Part shown: piece by piece, positions 1-9,354 of the stretch | How positions within the stretch are numbered: position 1 is the stretch's first letter | Layout: the number at the start of each line of letters is the position of its first letter | Assembly: GCA_965203485.1 (NCBI GenBank) | Contig: OZ241892.1 | Location: 3,008,001-3,072,000, forward strand | Length of the DNA: 64,000 nt | Direction of reading: 5' to 3' | Source of the DNA: Longimicrobiales bacterium | Lineage (GTDB): Bacteria > Gemmatimonadota > Gemmatimonadetes > Longimicrobiales > Gaopeijiaceae | Program-made: the position numbers and the translations under genes | Notes under the pieces: generated by a model | Database searches by the model: none | What the model was told of the DNA's origin: nothing | The model's input: the letters and a program-made list of their open reading frames with translations, nothing else

Positions 1-3000
1 CGCTTCCGCTCGAGTACGCGGCCTGCCGCGTGGCGCTCCCGATCGTCAACGCCAACCGAGGCGTCCCTGTGACCGTCACCGCGATGCTGAAGCCGACCTG
101 CACGGAGATCACGGCGCCCCGCGTGTACGTGCCGCCCATTGGCGTGCTGGCAAAGGTCACGGACGCCACCGTCGGCGCCGTCGCGCTCCCGTTCACCTTG
201 TGCGCCGCCGAGTTCGCGATCGCGTGCGTGCCCAGGGCCAGCGCGGCGTTTGCTCCCCCCGCGTTGCGGATCGTGCCGCCGTTGAGCCCCAGCGCGCCGG
301 CCGCAACGCTGATCCCGTCGTTGTCCCGGTCGCCGGCCACCGTTTCGTAGCTGAAGGCGAGGGTCTTGGCGCCGCTTCCGCTCGCGTAGGCCGCGTACCG
401 GGTTGCGCTCCCCACGGTCAGCGCCAGCCGGGGGGCGCCCGTCACCGTCACTGCCAGATTGAACGCGACCTGCACCGAGATCGTCTCTCCCGCCCCGTAG
501 GAGCTGTCGCTCGCCGGGCTGCTCGCGATCGCGACGGAGGCGACCGCCGGCACCGTCCTGGTCCCGTTCACCTTGTGGGCGGGCACGTTGGAGAACGCGT
601 GGCTTCCCAGCCCCAGCGTCGCGGCGGCGCCCGTCCCGCTCCGGATGCTTCCGCCGTTCAGCTCCAGCGCATTCGCGCCCACGCTGATCCCGTCCGCGTC
701 CAAGTCCGTCGCAAGCGTCTCGTAGCTGAACGTCAAGGCGCTCGTTCCGTTTCCGCTCGCGTAGGCCGCGTGACGGGTGGCGCTCCCGATCGTCAGGGCC
801 AGCCGGGGCGTGCCCGTGACCGTCACGGCGAACCCGAACGACACCCGCACCGAGATCGTCTCGGCCGCCGCGTAGGTGTCCCCGCTGTCCGGCCTGCTCG
901 TGACGAGAACGCCGCTCACCGCAGGCATCGTCCTGCTCCCGTCCACCTTGTGGCCCGAGGCGGCGCTGATCGCGTGCGTGCCCAGGGCCAGCGTGGCGTT
1001 CTGGGCCGACTCGCTGACGATCGACCCGCCGCTGAGCGTCAGCGCGCCGGACCCGACGCTGATCCCGTCGGGGTCCCGGTCCGTCGCCCGCGCAACGTAG
1101 CTGAACGTCAGCGTGCTGGTCCCGGTTCCGCTGGCGTACTCGGCGTGCCGGGTCCTCTCGCCAATTCCCAGCGCCACGCGGGGCGTGCCCGTCACGTTCA
1201 CCGGCGTGGTGAAGCCGATCCGCACCGAGATCGTGTCGCCCGCTCCGTAGGTGTCCCCGCTGGCCGGCGCGCTCGCAATCGACGCCGCGCGCACCGCGGG
1301 AACCGTCGCCGTGCCGCCGTTCACCTTGTGGCCCGAGGCGTTCGCGACCGCGTGCGCGCCCAGCGCCAAGGTGGCGTTCGCCCCGGCCGCGCTCCGGATC
1401 GTGCCGGAGTTGAGCGCCATGGCGAACACCGAGACGCCGTCCGCGTCCCTGTCCGCCGACCGCACGACGTAGCGGAAGATCAGCTTCTTGCCGCCGCTCC
1501 CGCTCTGATATGCGGCCGTCTTGGCCAGCGAACCGACCGTCAAGGAGACGGTGGGGCTCCCAGAGACCGTCACCGGCGCCGTGAACCCGACTTCCACGCG
1601 AACCGCCTCGCCGGCGCCGTAGGTGTCTCCGCTCGCCGGCGCGCCGACGACCGCCACCGAGCTCACGGTGGGCGTGGTGGCCGTCGTCCCGACCACCCGG
1701 TGACCCGACGCGTTGGAGATGGCGTGGCTTCCCAGGTCCAGGTTCGCGGCGGCGCCGGCCGTGCTCCGAATCGTCCCGCCGTTCAGTTGCAGGGCCGTCG
1801 TCCTGATGCTGATCCCGTCGGGGTCGAGATCGCGGCTGGTCACCACGTACCCGAAATGCAGCGACTGGCCGGACGTTCTGCGCAACGTCGCGAACGCGGG
1901 CCCGCCGCCGAAAGCGATCTGCAACCGGGGAGCGCCGACGACCCGGATCGGAACCGCGGCGGCGAACTCGACCTCCACCTCGATCAGCTCGCCGCCCCCG
2001 TACACTTGGGCGCTCAACGAAGGAGAGCTGGTGATGCGCACGCCGCTCACGCTCGGCACGGTCGCCGAGCCGCCGTTCACCTTGTGGCTCGCGTTGGCCG
2101 AGAAGGCGGCGGCTCCCAGGCCGAGCCCGGCGTTCCGCGTTCCGCCGACCTCCTTGATCGTCCCGCCGTTGAGCGCGAGCGCGTTGGCGGCGACGCCGAT
2201 CCCGTCCACGTCCGAGTCCCCCGCCTGCACGACGTACCGAAAGCGAATGCTGTTCGACCCGGCGCTCTCGTAGGCGGCGTGGCGCACGGCGCTGCCGACC
2301 GTCAGCCCCAGCCGAGGCGCGCCGGTCAACGCGATCGGCGCGCTGAACTGCACCTCCAGTTGGACGACCTCGCCGGCGCCGTAGGCGTCGCCCGCAAGAG
2401 GCGTGCCGACGAAGCGCACTGCCGACACCAACGGAAGGGTGGTCGGCGTCGCCCTGGCCTCGCTCGTCGAGCCGGCCCCGGCGCCGTTTCTGGCCCGGAG
2501 CTGGAACTTGTACTCGCTGTCGTTCGTCAGCGGACGGACCACGTGGCGGGTGGTGGTGGCGTCGCTGCCCGCAATCGTCGTCCAGCTCGACGGGTAGCTG
2601 GCCGTGTCCAGGGCGTGGCGAACTTCGTAGCTGCCGATGGTGGAGTTCCCGGGGTCGGTCCACGTCAGCGTCGCTTGGCCCGGCGCCGCCGTCGCGGCCA
2701 GCCCGGCGGGGGCGGCCGGGGCGGCCAGCGCGCCGTTGACCTTGTGCCCGGCGGCGTTGACGATGCGGTGCCGGCCGATCGTCATGGTGGGGTGGCCGCC
2801 CCAGGCCCAGAAGAGATCGAGGTCGCTCAGCGCGTTGGGACCGATGCTGATCCCGTCGCTGTCCACATCCGCCGTTTGGACGGTGTAGCTGAACGTATGC
2901 GTGGACTGATTACGAGTGGTGTAGTTCCATGTCGCCCGTCGGCTGGCGCCGCCGATCGAGATGTCCAGGTACGGATGGGCGGCACGAGCGTAGCGGACGC

Positions 3001-3475
3001 TGTTATTCCACCTGACCGCCACGACAATCGTCTCGCCGGCGGCGTACGTGTCGCCCGTCGGCGAACTCGTGATCGAAACGCCGCTGATCGGCACGTTGGC
3101 CGTACTGACTCTCGTCCTGCTCGCCCCGCCGCAGGCAGCGCCGGCGCAGGCCCTGATTTCGAATTGGTACCGCCTGGGGCTGCTCAGGCCTCCGACCGTG
3201 GCCGAAGTCGTGCTGCTGTCGCTGCTCGCGACGTCCGTCCATTGATTGGGGAGATTTTGTCTGAACCCGGCGTAGCGGTACTGGTACTTGGTGATCGCCG
3301 CGTTGCCCGGGTTGTCCCAGCCCAGATCGACCGACGAGGTGGTGGCTTGGTGGGCCCAGAACCCCGTCGGCGCCGCAGGCGCCTGGGCGGCGACGGGGCC
3401 GGCCGGGGCAACCATGGCTGCAACTCCGGCAAACGCCACGAACCATGCTGGAGCTAGACGGCGGCAACGGCTCAC
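1..3475 (-). CDS. Large secreted surface protein/adhesin: signal peptide, fibronectin type III domains and >=7 Ig-like ~125-aa repeats (3' end runs off window)
   Basis: Not in ORF track because it runs off the edge. Manual translation from GTG 3475: VSRCRRLAPAWFVAFAGVAAMVAPAGPVAAQ-APAAPTGF...VDLGWDNPGNAAITKYQYRY (FN3). Repeats follow (YxAGETIxVxVxF...VTVTGxPRLxLxVG...AxYxSGSG...DxDGI...LxLNGG...HKV), with HKV/HRV anchors near 195, 569, 945, 1323, 1698, 2079, 2739. Second FN3 at ~2430-2720. Confidence 0.85.
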   Translation of the reverse strand, partial: MSRCRRLAPAWFVAFAGVAAMVAPAGPVAAQAPAAPTGFWAHQATTSSVDLGWDNPGNAAITKYQYRYAGFRQNLPNQWTDVASSDSSTTSATVGGLSSPRRYQFEIRACAGAACGGASRTRVSTANVPISGVSITSSPTGDTYAAGETIVVAVRWNNSVRYARAAHPYLDISIGGASRRATWNYTTRNQSTHTFSYTVQTADVDSDGISIGPNALSDLDLFWAWGGHPTMTIGRHRIVNAAGHKVNGALAAPAAPAGLAATAAPGQATLTWTDPGNSTIGSYEVRHALDTASYPSSWTTIAGSDATTTRHVVRPLTNDSEYKFQLRARNGAGAGSTSEARATPTTLPLVSAVRFVGTPLAGDAYGAGEVVQLEVQFSAPIALTGAPRLGLTVGSAVRHAAYESAGSNSIRFRYVVQAGDSDVDGIGVAANALALNGGTIKEVGGTRNAGLGLGAAAFSANASHKVNGGSATVPSVSGVRITSSPSLSAQVYGGGELIEVEVEFAAAVPIRVVGAPRLQIAFGGGPAFATLRRTSGQSLHFGYVVTSRDLDPDGISIRTTALQLNGGTIRSTAGAAANLDLGSHAISNASGHRVVGTTATTPTVSSVAVVGAPASGDTYGAGEAVRVEVGFTAPVTVSGSPTVSLTVGSLAKTAAYQSGSGGKKLIFRYVVRSADRDADGVSVFAMALNSGTIRSAAGANATLALGAHAVANASGHKVNGGTATVPAVRAASIASAPASGDTYGAGDTISVRIGFTTPVNVTGTPRVALGIGERTRHAEYASGTGTSTLTFSYVARATDRDPDGISVGSGALTLSGGSIVSESAQNATLALGTHAISAASGHKVDGSRTMPAVSGVLVTSRPDSGDTYAAAETISVRVSFGFAVTVTGTPRLALTIGSATRHAAYASGNGTSALTFSYETLATDLDADGISVGANALELNGGSIRSGTGAAATLGLGSHAFSNVPAHKVNGTRTVPAVASVAIASSPASDSSYGAGETISVQVAFNLAVTVTGAPRLALTVGSATRYAAYASGSGAKTLAFSYETVAGDRDNDGISVAAGALGLNGGTIRNAGGANAALALGTHAIANSAAHKVNGSATAPTVASVTFASTPMGGTYTRGAVISVQVGFSIAVTVTGTPRLALTIGSATRQAAYSSGS

Positions 3476-3518
3476 AGCGCGACCGGACGGCTCAAGTCGC
3501 TCGCACGCCGCACTCCAT

Positions 3519-3540
3519 CCCCCCCCCCCCCCCCCCCCCC
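3519..3540. repeat. C22 homopolymer (G22 on the coding strand of both flanking genes)
   Basis: Direct count; lies between the SDR stop (3561) and the adhesin start (3475). Confidence 0.9.
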
Positions 3541-3560
3541 GTTCATGCGGCCGCACTTCG

Positions 3561-4445
3561 TCAGCTCCGCTTCGCCATCACGTACGGCGAGCGCTGCACG
3601 GTCGGCATCACGATCATCCGCTGCACGTTGACGCGCGGCGGAGCGTTCAGCACGTAGCACACTGCGTCGGCCACGTCCTCGGGTTGCAGAGCGTCCACGT
3701 GTTCGTAGGTCTGCCGGGCGCGGCCGGCGTCGCCGCGAAACCGCACGAGCGAGAACTCCGTCTCCACCAAGCCGGGATCCACGCTCGACATGCGCACCCG
3801 CGTGCCGACCAAGTCCAGGTTGGCCGCGTCGGTCAGCGCGCGCACCGCGAACTTCGTGGCCGCGTACACGTTGCCCTTCGGGTAGACTAGGTGGCCCGCA
3901 ATGCTGCCGACGTTCACGACGTGCCCGGCATCGCGCTCGACCATTCCCGGCAACAGCGCCCGCGTCACGTTCAGCAACCCCTTGACGTTGGTGTCGATCA
4001 TCTCGTCCCAGTCGGCCGCGCTGCCCTCGTGGAGGCTGTGCAGTCCGCGGGCCAGCCCGGCGTTGTTGACGAGGACGTCCGGCGCGATGCCTTCTTCGGC
4101 CAGCCAGTCCCCAAACGTAGCGACGCGGTCCCGGTCGCGTACGTCGAGCACGTACGTGCGCGAGCCGTTCGAAGAGCCGTCCCCGCCCGAGCCGGCTTCT
4201 CCGGTTGCATCGTTTCTGCGCGCGGGTTGCCCGCCCTCGCAGTCGGTGCCACGCCCGTTCGCCGCGCCCGGCCACCCGCTCCGCCGCCCTTCCCCCAGCC
4301 GCACAGCCAGCGCATCCAACCGGTCCTTCCGGCGCCCGAGCGCAATCACGCGGGCGCCGCGTCCGGCCAATGCCAGCGCGCAAGCCTCCCCAATCCCGGC
4401 GGTTGCCCCCGTCACGACGGCCGTCTTGCCGCGAATTCTGTTCAT
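3561..4445 (-). CDS. Short-chain dehydrogenase/reductase, YdfG-like
   Basis: TGATAGIG, NNAG and YAATK motifs; ~40-aa low-complexity insertion after the first helices. Confidence 0.9.
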   Translation of the reverse strand: MNRIRGKTAVVTGATAGIGEACALALAGRGARVIALGRRKDRLDALAVRLGEGRRSGWPGAANGRGTDCEGGQPARRNDATGEAGSGGDGSSNGSRTYVLDVRDRDRVATFGDWLAEEGIAPDVLVNNAGLARGLHSLHEGSAADWDEMIDTNVKGLLNVTRALLPGMVERDAGHVVNVGSIAGHLVYPKGNVYAATKFAVRALTDAANLDLVGTRVRMSSVDPGLVETEFSLVRFRGDAGRARQTYEHVDALQPEDVADAVCYVLNAPPRVNVQRMIVMPTVQRSPYVMAKRS

Positions 4446-4688
4446 CCGCCTCCGGCGAAGTCAGGCCATGCTTCCTACACTCTTGCTGGAGTTTCCACAA
4501 TAAGCGAAAAGGGCGAGCCCCCGCCAATGCGACCGGCGCCGGCCAGCAGGCCTGTCGCGCCAAGGACGCTCCAGGCCCGGCTTCGGAGGCTCCGGACGCG
4601 GACGAGGCGACGCCGAAGGCGCAACGGGCGACGCCGGACGCTCGTGGCTTGCTGCGGCCCTCCGTTCGACCCTACCGTTCGCTCCGTC

Positions 4689-6239
4689 ATGCGCTTCTTC
4701 AACACCACGGGTCCGGTGGTCGCCGCGGACCACTACCTCGTTCCACCCCTGGAGCGCCTTGACATGGAGGAGTTCCTAACCCTGGTCCGGCGCAAGCAGT
4801 ACTTTGTGCTGCACGCCCCCCGGCAGTCGGGCAAGACATCGGTGCTGCTGGCCGCCCGCGACTTCCTGAACGCCGAAGGCTGCCATTGCGTCTACGCCAG
4901 CTTCGAGAGGGCCCGAGCGCTGCAAGGCAACCTGGAGGCCATGCGGGCCGTCCTCGGGCAGATCGGGGAACGGGCGCTCGACTCCGGCGACGAATTCGTC
5001 GATCGCGAATGGCCGGCTTCATTGGCGAAGCACGGGCCGGAAGGGGCCTTGGGCTCCGTATTGTCCCGCTGGGCGGCCGTCGCGCGCAAACCTTTGGCGC
5101 TCCTCATCGACGAGATCGACGGCCTTGCCGACGGCCCCTTGCTGTCGGTGCTGGCCCAGCTTCGAGCAGGCTACGACAAGAGGCCGGGCCGCTTTCCGCA
5201 GAGCATCGTCCTCTGCGGTCTCCGCGACATCCGGGACTACCGTCTGGACCCGTCGGTCAGCCCCTTCAACATCGTGGCGAAGTCGTTGCGCCTCGGCGAC
5301 TTTTCGCGGCAACAGGTGCGCTCCCTGCTGGGCCAGCACACCGAGGACACCGGACAGCGCTTCGCGGCGGCGGCCGTGGAGAAGGTGTGGGAGCAGACGC
5401 AAGGGCAGCCGTGGCTGGTCAACGCCCTTGCCGCCGCGGCGTGCTTCGAGGGGGAGGCCGCCCGCGACCGATCGCGGGAGATCGCGGAGGACGACATGGA
5501 CGCCGCCCGAGAGCGGGTCATCCTTCGCCGGGCGACCCACTTGGACCAGCTGGCGCACAGGCTTGGCGAAGGACGAGTGCGCCGGGTCATCGAGCCCGTC
5601 CTGAGCGGCGGGAAGGAGCCCGAGTTCACGGCTCGGGACTTGGAGCACGCGCGCGATCTGGGGCTGGTCGCCCAGGACGCGCCGTTGCGCATTGCCAACC
5701 CGATCTATGCCGAAGTGATCCCTCGCGAACTCACCGCGGCGGCTCAGACGGCGCTGACCGAGGAGCCGGCGTGGTACGTCCGCGCCGACGGGAGCTTGGA
5801 CCTGCCGAAGCTGATGCAGGCGTTCCAGGCGTTCTTCCGCGAGCACTCGGAGCATTGGTCGAAGCGCTTCGAGTATCAGGAGGCTTGGCCGCAACTCCTT
5901 CTGCAGGCATTCTTGCAACGCATCGTCAACAGTGGCGGTCGAATCGAGCGGGAGTTCGGGCTGGGACGCGGGCGGACGGACCTGCTGGTGACGTGGCCCG
6001 AGCGCGACGCCGCGAGCAAGTGGGTCGTGGAGTGCAAGCTGCGTCGAGAAAAGGACGGTCTCGAAGCAGTCGTCCGCTTGGGACTTGAACAAACCGCCGC
6101 CTACATGGACCGTTGCGGAGCGCCCGAAGGACACTTGGTGATCTTCGACCGCCGCTCGAACCGGAAGTGGGAAGAGAAGCTCTTCCACCGCCCGCCGCCC
6201 GCCGACGCCGCACCGCCCATCCACGTCTGGGGCATGTAG
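4689..6239 (+). CDS. P-loop (AAA-like) ATPase with C-terminal PD-(D/E)XK nuclease-like domain
   Basis: Start MRFFNTTGP; Walker A APRQSGKT; Walker B LLIDEID; C-terminal REFGLGRGRTDL...VVECK...QTAAY. Confidence 0.85.
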   Translation: MRFFNTTGPVVAADHYLVPPLERLDMEEFLTLVRRKQYFVLHAPRQSGKTSVLLAARDFLNAEGCHCVYASFERARALQGNLEAMRAVLGQIGERALDSGDEFVDREWPASLAKHGPEGALGSVLSRWAAVARKPLALLIDEIDGLADGPLLSVLAQLRAGYDKRPGRFPQSIVLCGLRDIRDYRLDPSVSPFNIVAKSLRLGDFSRQQVRSLLGQHTEDTGQRFAAAAVEKVWEQTQGQPWLVNALAAAACFEGEAARDRSREIAEDDMDAARERVILRRATHLDQLAHRLGEGRVRRVIEPVLSGGKEPEFTARDLEHARDLGLVAQDAPLRIANPIYAEVIPRELTAAAQTALTEEPAWYVRADGSLDLPKLMQAFQAFFREHSEHWSKRFEYQEAWPQLLLQAFLQRIVNSGGRIEREFGLGRGRTDLLVTWPERDAASKWVVECKLRREKDGLEAVVRLGLEQTAAYMDRCGAPEGHLVIFDRRSNRKWEEKLFHRPPPADAAPPIHVWGM

Positions 6240-6480
6240 CGCGGCGGGCCTCCAAGCGGGGCGTCCACTCGGGCCACGCCGGGCGCTTCGGCCAACATCC
6301 CCCCACGGCATGAACGAACCTTGGGCGCGGGTCTCCGTGGCGGCGGCCGGCAGATGGACCGCGGCAGGGCTCTTCACAAAGCCGGGCCGTTCCGGCAAAC
6401 TATCCGCTCCGGCCCGACAGTTGCGGCCCTTCGCCGTCCTGCAACTCGCTCGCTTTCACCGCTCCGCCGAAGGAGTCACC

Positions 6481-6939
6481 GTGACCCCCCCCAGAGCCCG
6501 TTTCTTCCGCGTGTCCGAACTCCCCAAGGAGAACCTCGGGCCCGGCCTGTCGCGTCGGCTGGTGACCGGCGAACGGTCCATGCTGGCCCACGTGTACCTG
6601 AAGAAGGGCGCCGTGGTTCCGAAGCATTCGCACCACAACGAGCAGATCACCTACGTCCTGGAAGGCGCCCTCCGATTCTGGCTGGGCGACGACGGCGCCG
6701 AGCAGGTCGATGTCCGCGCGGGCGAAGTGCTGCTGCTCCCCAGCGGGTTGCCGCACCGGGCCGAAGCCCTCGAAGACACGGTCGACGTGGACGTGTTCGC
6801 GCCGCCCCGCCAGGATTGGCTCGACGGCACCGATTCGTACTTGCGGGGCAATTCGGCCGCTTCTGCCGACGCGGCCGCCTCGGGAACCGGGCTGGTCGCT
6901 GACGCATCCGCGGCAGGCCGCCGCCCGGAAGACGCCTGA
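6481..6939 (+). CDS. Cupin domain protein
   Basis: HSHHNEQ...PH cupin motifs; GAAGGAG RBS before GTG 6481. Confidence 0.85.
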   Translation: MTPPRARFFRVSELPKENLGPGLSRRLVTGERSMLAHVYLKKGAVVPKHSHHNEQITYVLEGALRFWLGDDGAEQVDVRAGEVLLLPSGLPHRAEALEDTVDVDVFAPPRQDWLDGTDSYLRGNSAASADAAASGTGLVADASAAGRRPEDA

Positions 6940-7883
6940 TGGGCGGCGGGGCCGGCGGCACGCTTCAGGGAAGCCCGTGGGTGTGGAAGGACGGCGAGTT
7001 CGTGCGATGGGAGAACGCGACCGTCCACGTCCTCAGCTTGGCCGTTCAGTTCGCATCCTCGGTGTTCGAGGGGATCCGTTGCTACGAGACCCCCAACGGT
7101 CCGGCGGTCTTCCGCTTGCAGGCGCACCTGCGAAGACTGGTGGCGTCGAGCCGAACGTATCGAATGCTGCCCGAGCACTCCGTCGAGGAACTGACAGCGG
7201 CGGTGAAGGCCACGATCGTCAAGAACGAGCTCGCCTCGTGCTACGTGCGGCCCATGGTGCTGCGCGGCTTCGGGTCGGCGGGAATGAATCCGGAGTTCAG
7301 CCCCATCGAGACGTACATCCCCATGTGGTCGTGGGGCGCCTACCTGGGCGAAGAAGCGCTGGAGCGGGGCGTGGACGTGGGTGTGTCGTCCTGGCGCCGG
7401 CCTGCCCCGAACACGTTGCCGAGCGGAGCCAAGTCGGCGGGCAACTACCTAATCTCGCAACTCATGGTGCTGGAGGCCATGTCGCACGGGTACGCCGAAG
7501 CGATCGGCCTCGCGCCCAACGGTCTGGTCAGCGAGGGCAGCGGACAGAACCTCTTCATGGTCGTCGACGGCGAGGTCGTCACGCCGATTCTGGACGGCAC
7601 GTCGCTTTCCGGAATCACGCGCCATTCCGTCATGAAGATCGCGGCCGACTTGGGCCTGGCCGTGCGCGAGCAACTGGTGACCCGCGAGATGCTGTACGCC
7701 GCCGACGAGCTCTTCTTCACGGGCACGGCCACGGAAGTCACGCCCATCCGCTCGGTGGACGGCCTGCAGATCGGGGAAGGCCGGCGCGGGCCGGTGACGG
7801 AGCGCCTCCAGGCCCGCTACCTCGAACTGGCGACCGGGGCCGCGACCGACCCGTGGGGATGGGTGGAGCACGTCGACGGGTGA
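6939..7883 (+). CDS. ilvE: Branched-chain amino acid aminotransferase
   Basis: VFEGIRCY, AKSAGNY, EGSGQNLF, LSGITR, GTATEVTPI. Confidence 0.9.
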   Translation: MGGGAGGTLQGSPWVWKDGEFVRWENATVHVLSLAVQFASSVFEGIRCYETPNGPAVFRLQAHLRRLVASSRTYRMLPEHSVEELTAAVKATIVKNELASCYVRPMVLRGFGSAGMNPEFSPIETYIPMWSWGAYLGEEALERGVDVGVSSWRRPAPNTLPSGAKSAGNYLISQLMVLEAMSHGYAEAIGLAPNGLVSEGSGQNLFMVVDGEVVTPILDGTSLSGITRHSVMKIAADLGLAVREQLVTREMLYAADELFFTGTATEVTPIRSVDGLQIGEGRRGPVTERLQARYLELATGAATDPWGWVEHVDG

Positions 7884-7982
7884 GGAGCGTCGCGTCGGCG
7901 CCGCCGACGTCGGGGAGCCGACCGGGGCGCGCCGGGCGTCCACGCCGAGACCTTGCTTCGCCCACGGCATGCCGCCGGACCG

Positions 7983-9320
7983 TCAGCCCAGGACCGTGAA
8001 CGACGATTCGGCGTTGGGGTTGCGCAGGCGGCTGAAGAAGCCAGCGTCGCACGTGCGCCGGACATACGGCAACGGCAACTGGACCGGGTCGCGGTCGTGG
8101 TCGCGGCCGCCCTCCACCTGCTCGACGATTTCGGCCATCAGCCGTCCCACCACGGGCGCGTTCTTGAACTGGTTGCCGGACGTGCCGACGGCCATGTAGA
8201 AGCCGGGCAGGCTCGACTTGTCGTAGACGGGAATCCAGTCCTCGACGACGTCGTAGAGGTCCACGACGCCGGCGGGACGGCCCGGGATTCCCAGGTTCCG
8301 TATGCGCTGGGCGGCCCGCATGACTTGCGTCCGCCACTGGTCGGTGAAGCCCCGGTTCCAGTCTTCGGCGTCCTCCACCCAGTCCAGCGCGTCGCAGGCG
8401 GGTTGTTCGGAGCCGACGAGAACTTGGTTGCCCGCGGCCGGCCGGAAATAGCAGCCCGTGTCGCCGTCCGAGACGAGCGGCGCGGTCCGTTCGTAGTCGA
8501 TTCCCGGCGGGGCCGGCACGTAGCAAACCTCCTGCTTGAGAGGGCGCGTGCTCACGTTCATGTCGTCCAAGACGCCCGCCAAGCGGTTCACGGCGCTCGA
8601 TCCGGGCCCCGCCGCGTTGACCACGACGGGGGCGGAGACGACGCGTCCGTCCGCGGTCCGCACGCCGGCGGCGCGCCCGCCTTTCCGAACGATCTCGACG
8701 ACCCGCGCGCCGAATCGAAGCCGGCCGCCGCGGGCCTCGCAGGCTCGTTGCAGGTTGTGGCAGGCCAGCACGGCGTCGTCGACGTAGCCCGACTCGGGCA
8801 GGTAGACCGCGCCCGGGACTCGCCCGCCCGTGGGTTCGCCGAAGCGGGCGGCGGCGGGAGCGACGGGCGGACCAAAGGCGCGAGCGTCCAGCCATGGAAA
8901 CTGGCGCTCCACGTCGTCCGCGGTCAGGTGTTCGCGGGGGATGCCGAGATCGTCGAGAACGGCGGCGACGGCGGCCAGCCGGTCGTTGCCCTCGTGCTTG
9001 AACACGAGGCACCCCGTGTTGACGTACCTGGCCAGGCCGAGCTCGTCGCCGGCGCCCAGGAAGCGCGGCCAGTCGAGCCAGTGGTAGTAGCTCTCCCGGG
9101 CCATGGCGCAGCCCTCGGCGGTCGAGTAGTGGAAGCGCACGATCGCCGACGTGCTTCCGCTGGACCCCGCGCCGGCGGCCGCGGCGGCGTCCACGTTGAG
9201 CGTGCGCCGACCCCGGCGCGCCAAGGCCAGCCCGATGGACAGGCCGACGACGCCCGCGCCGACCACCACCGCATCGCAACGTTCCGTCATCGCATCCATC
9301 CTCCGCGGCATTGCCGGCAA
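7983..9320 (-). CDS. FAD-dependent oxidoreductase (sarcosine oxidase beta / D-amino acid oxidase family); start may be 9290 or 9299
   Basis: GAGVVG Rossmann motif, NAAGP, GTSGNQFKNAP. Confidence 0.85.
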   Translation of the reverse strand: MPAMPRRMDAMTERCDAVVVGAGVVGLSIGLALARRGRRTLNVDAAAAAGAGSSGSTSAIVRFHYSTAEGCAMARESYYHWLDWPRFLGAGDELGLARYVNTGCLVFKHEGNDRLAAVAAVLDDLGIPREHLTADDVERQFPWLDARAFGPPVAPAAARFGEPTGGRVPGAVYLPESGYVDDAVLACHNLQRACEARGGRLRFGARVVEIVRKGGRAAGVRTADGRVVSAPVVVNAAGPGSSAVNRLAGVLDDMNVSTRPLKQEVCYVPAPPGIDYERTAPLVSDGDTGCYFRPAAGNQVLVGSEQPACDALDWVEDAEDWNRGFTDQWRTQVMRAAQRIRNLGIPGRPAGVVDLYDVVEDWIPVYDKSSLPGFYMAVGTSGNQFKNAPVVGRLMAEIVEQVEGGRDHDRDPVQLPLPYVRRTCDAGFFSRLRNPNAESSFTVLG

Positions 9321-9354
9321 CCCGGCTTGGGTGGGCCGCGAAGCTCAAGTCTAG

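Noticed and set aside
200..3457. 1085-aa plus-strand ORF
   Set aside because: Arg-rich antisense shadow of the minus-strand adhesin.
3891..4688. N-terminal extension of the ATPase ORF
   Set aside because: Overlaps the SDR antisense; family-like sequence starts at MRFFNT (4689).
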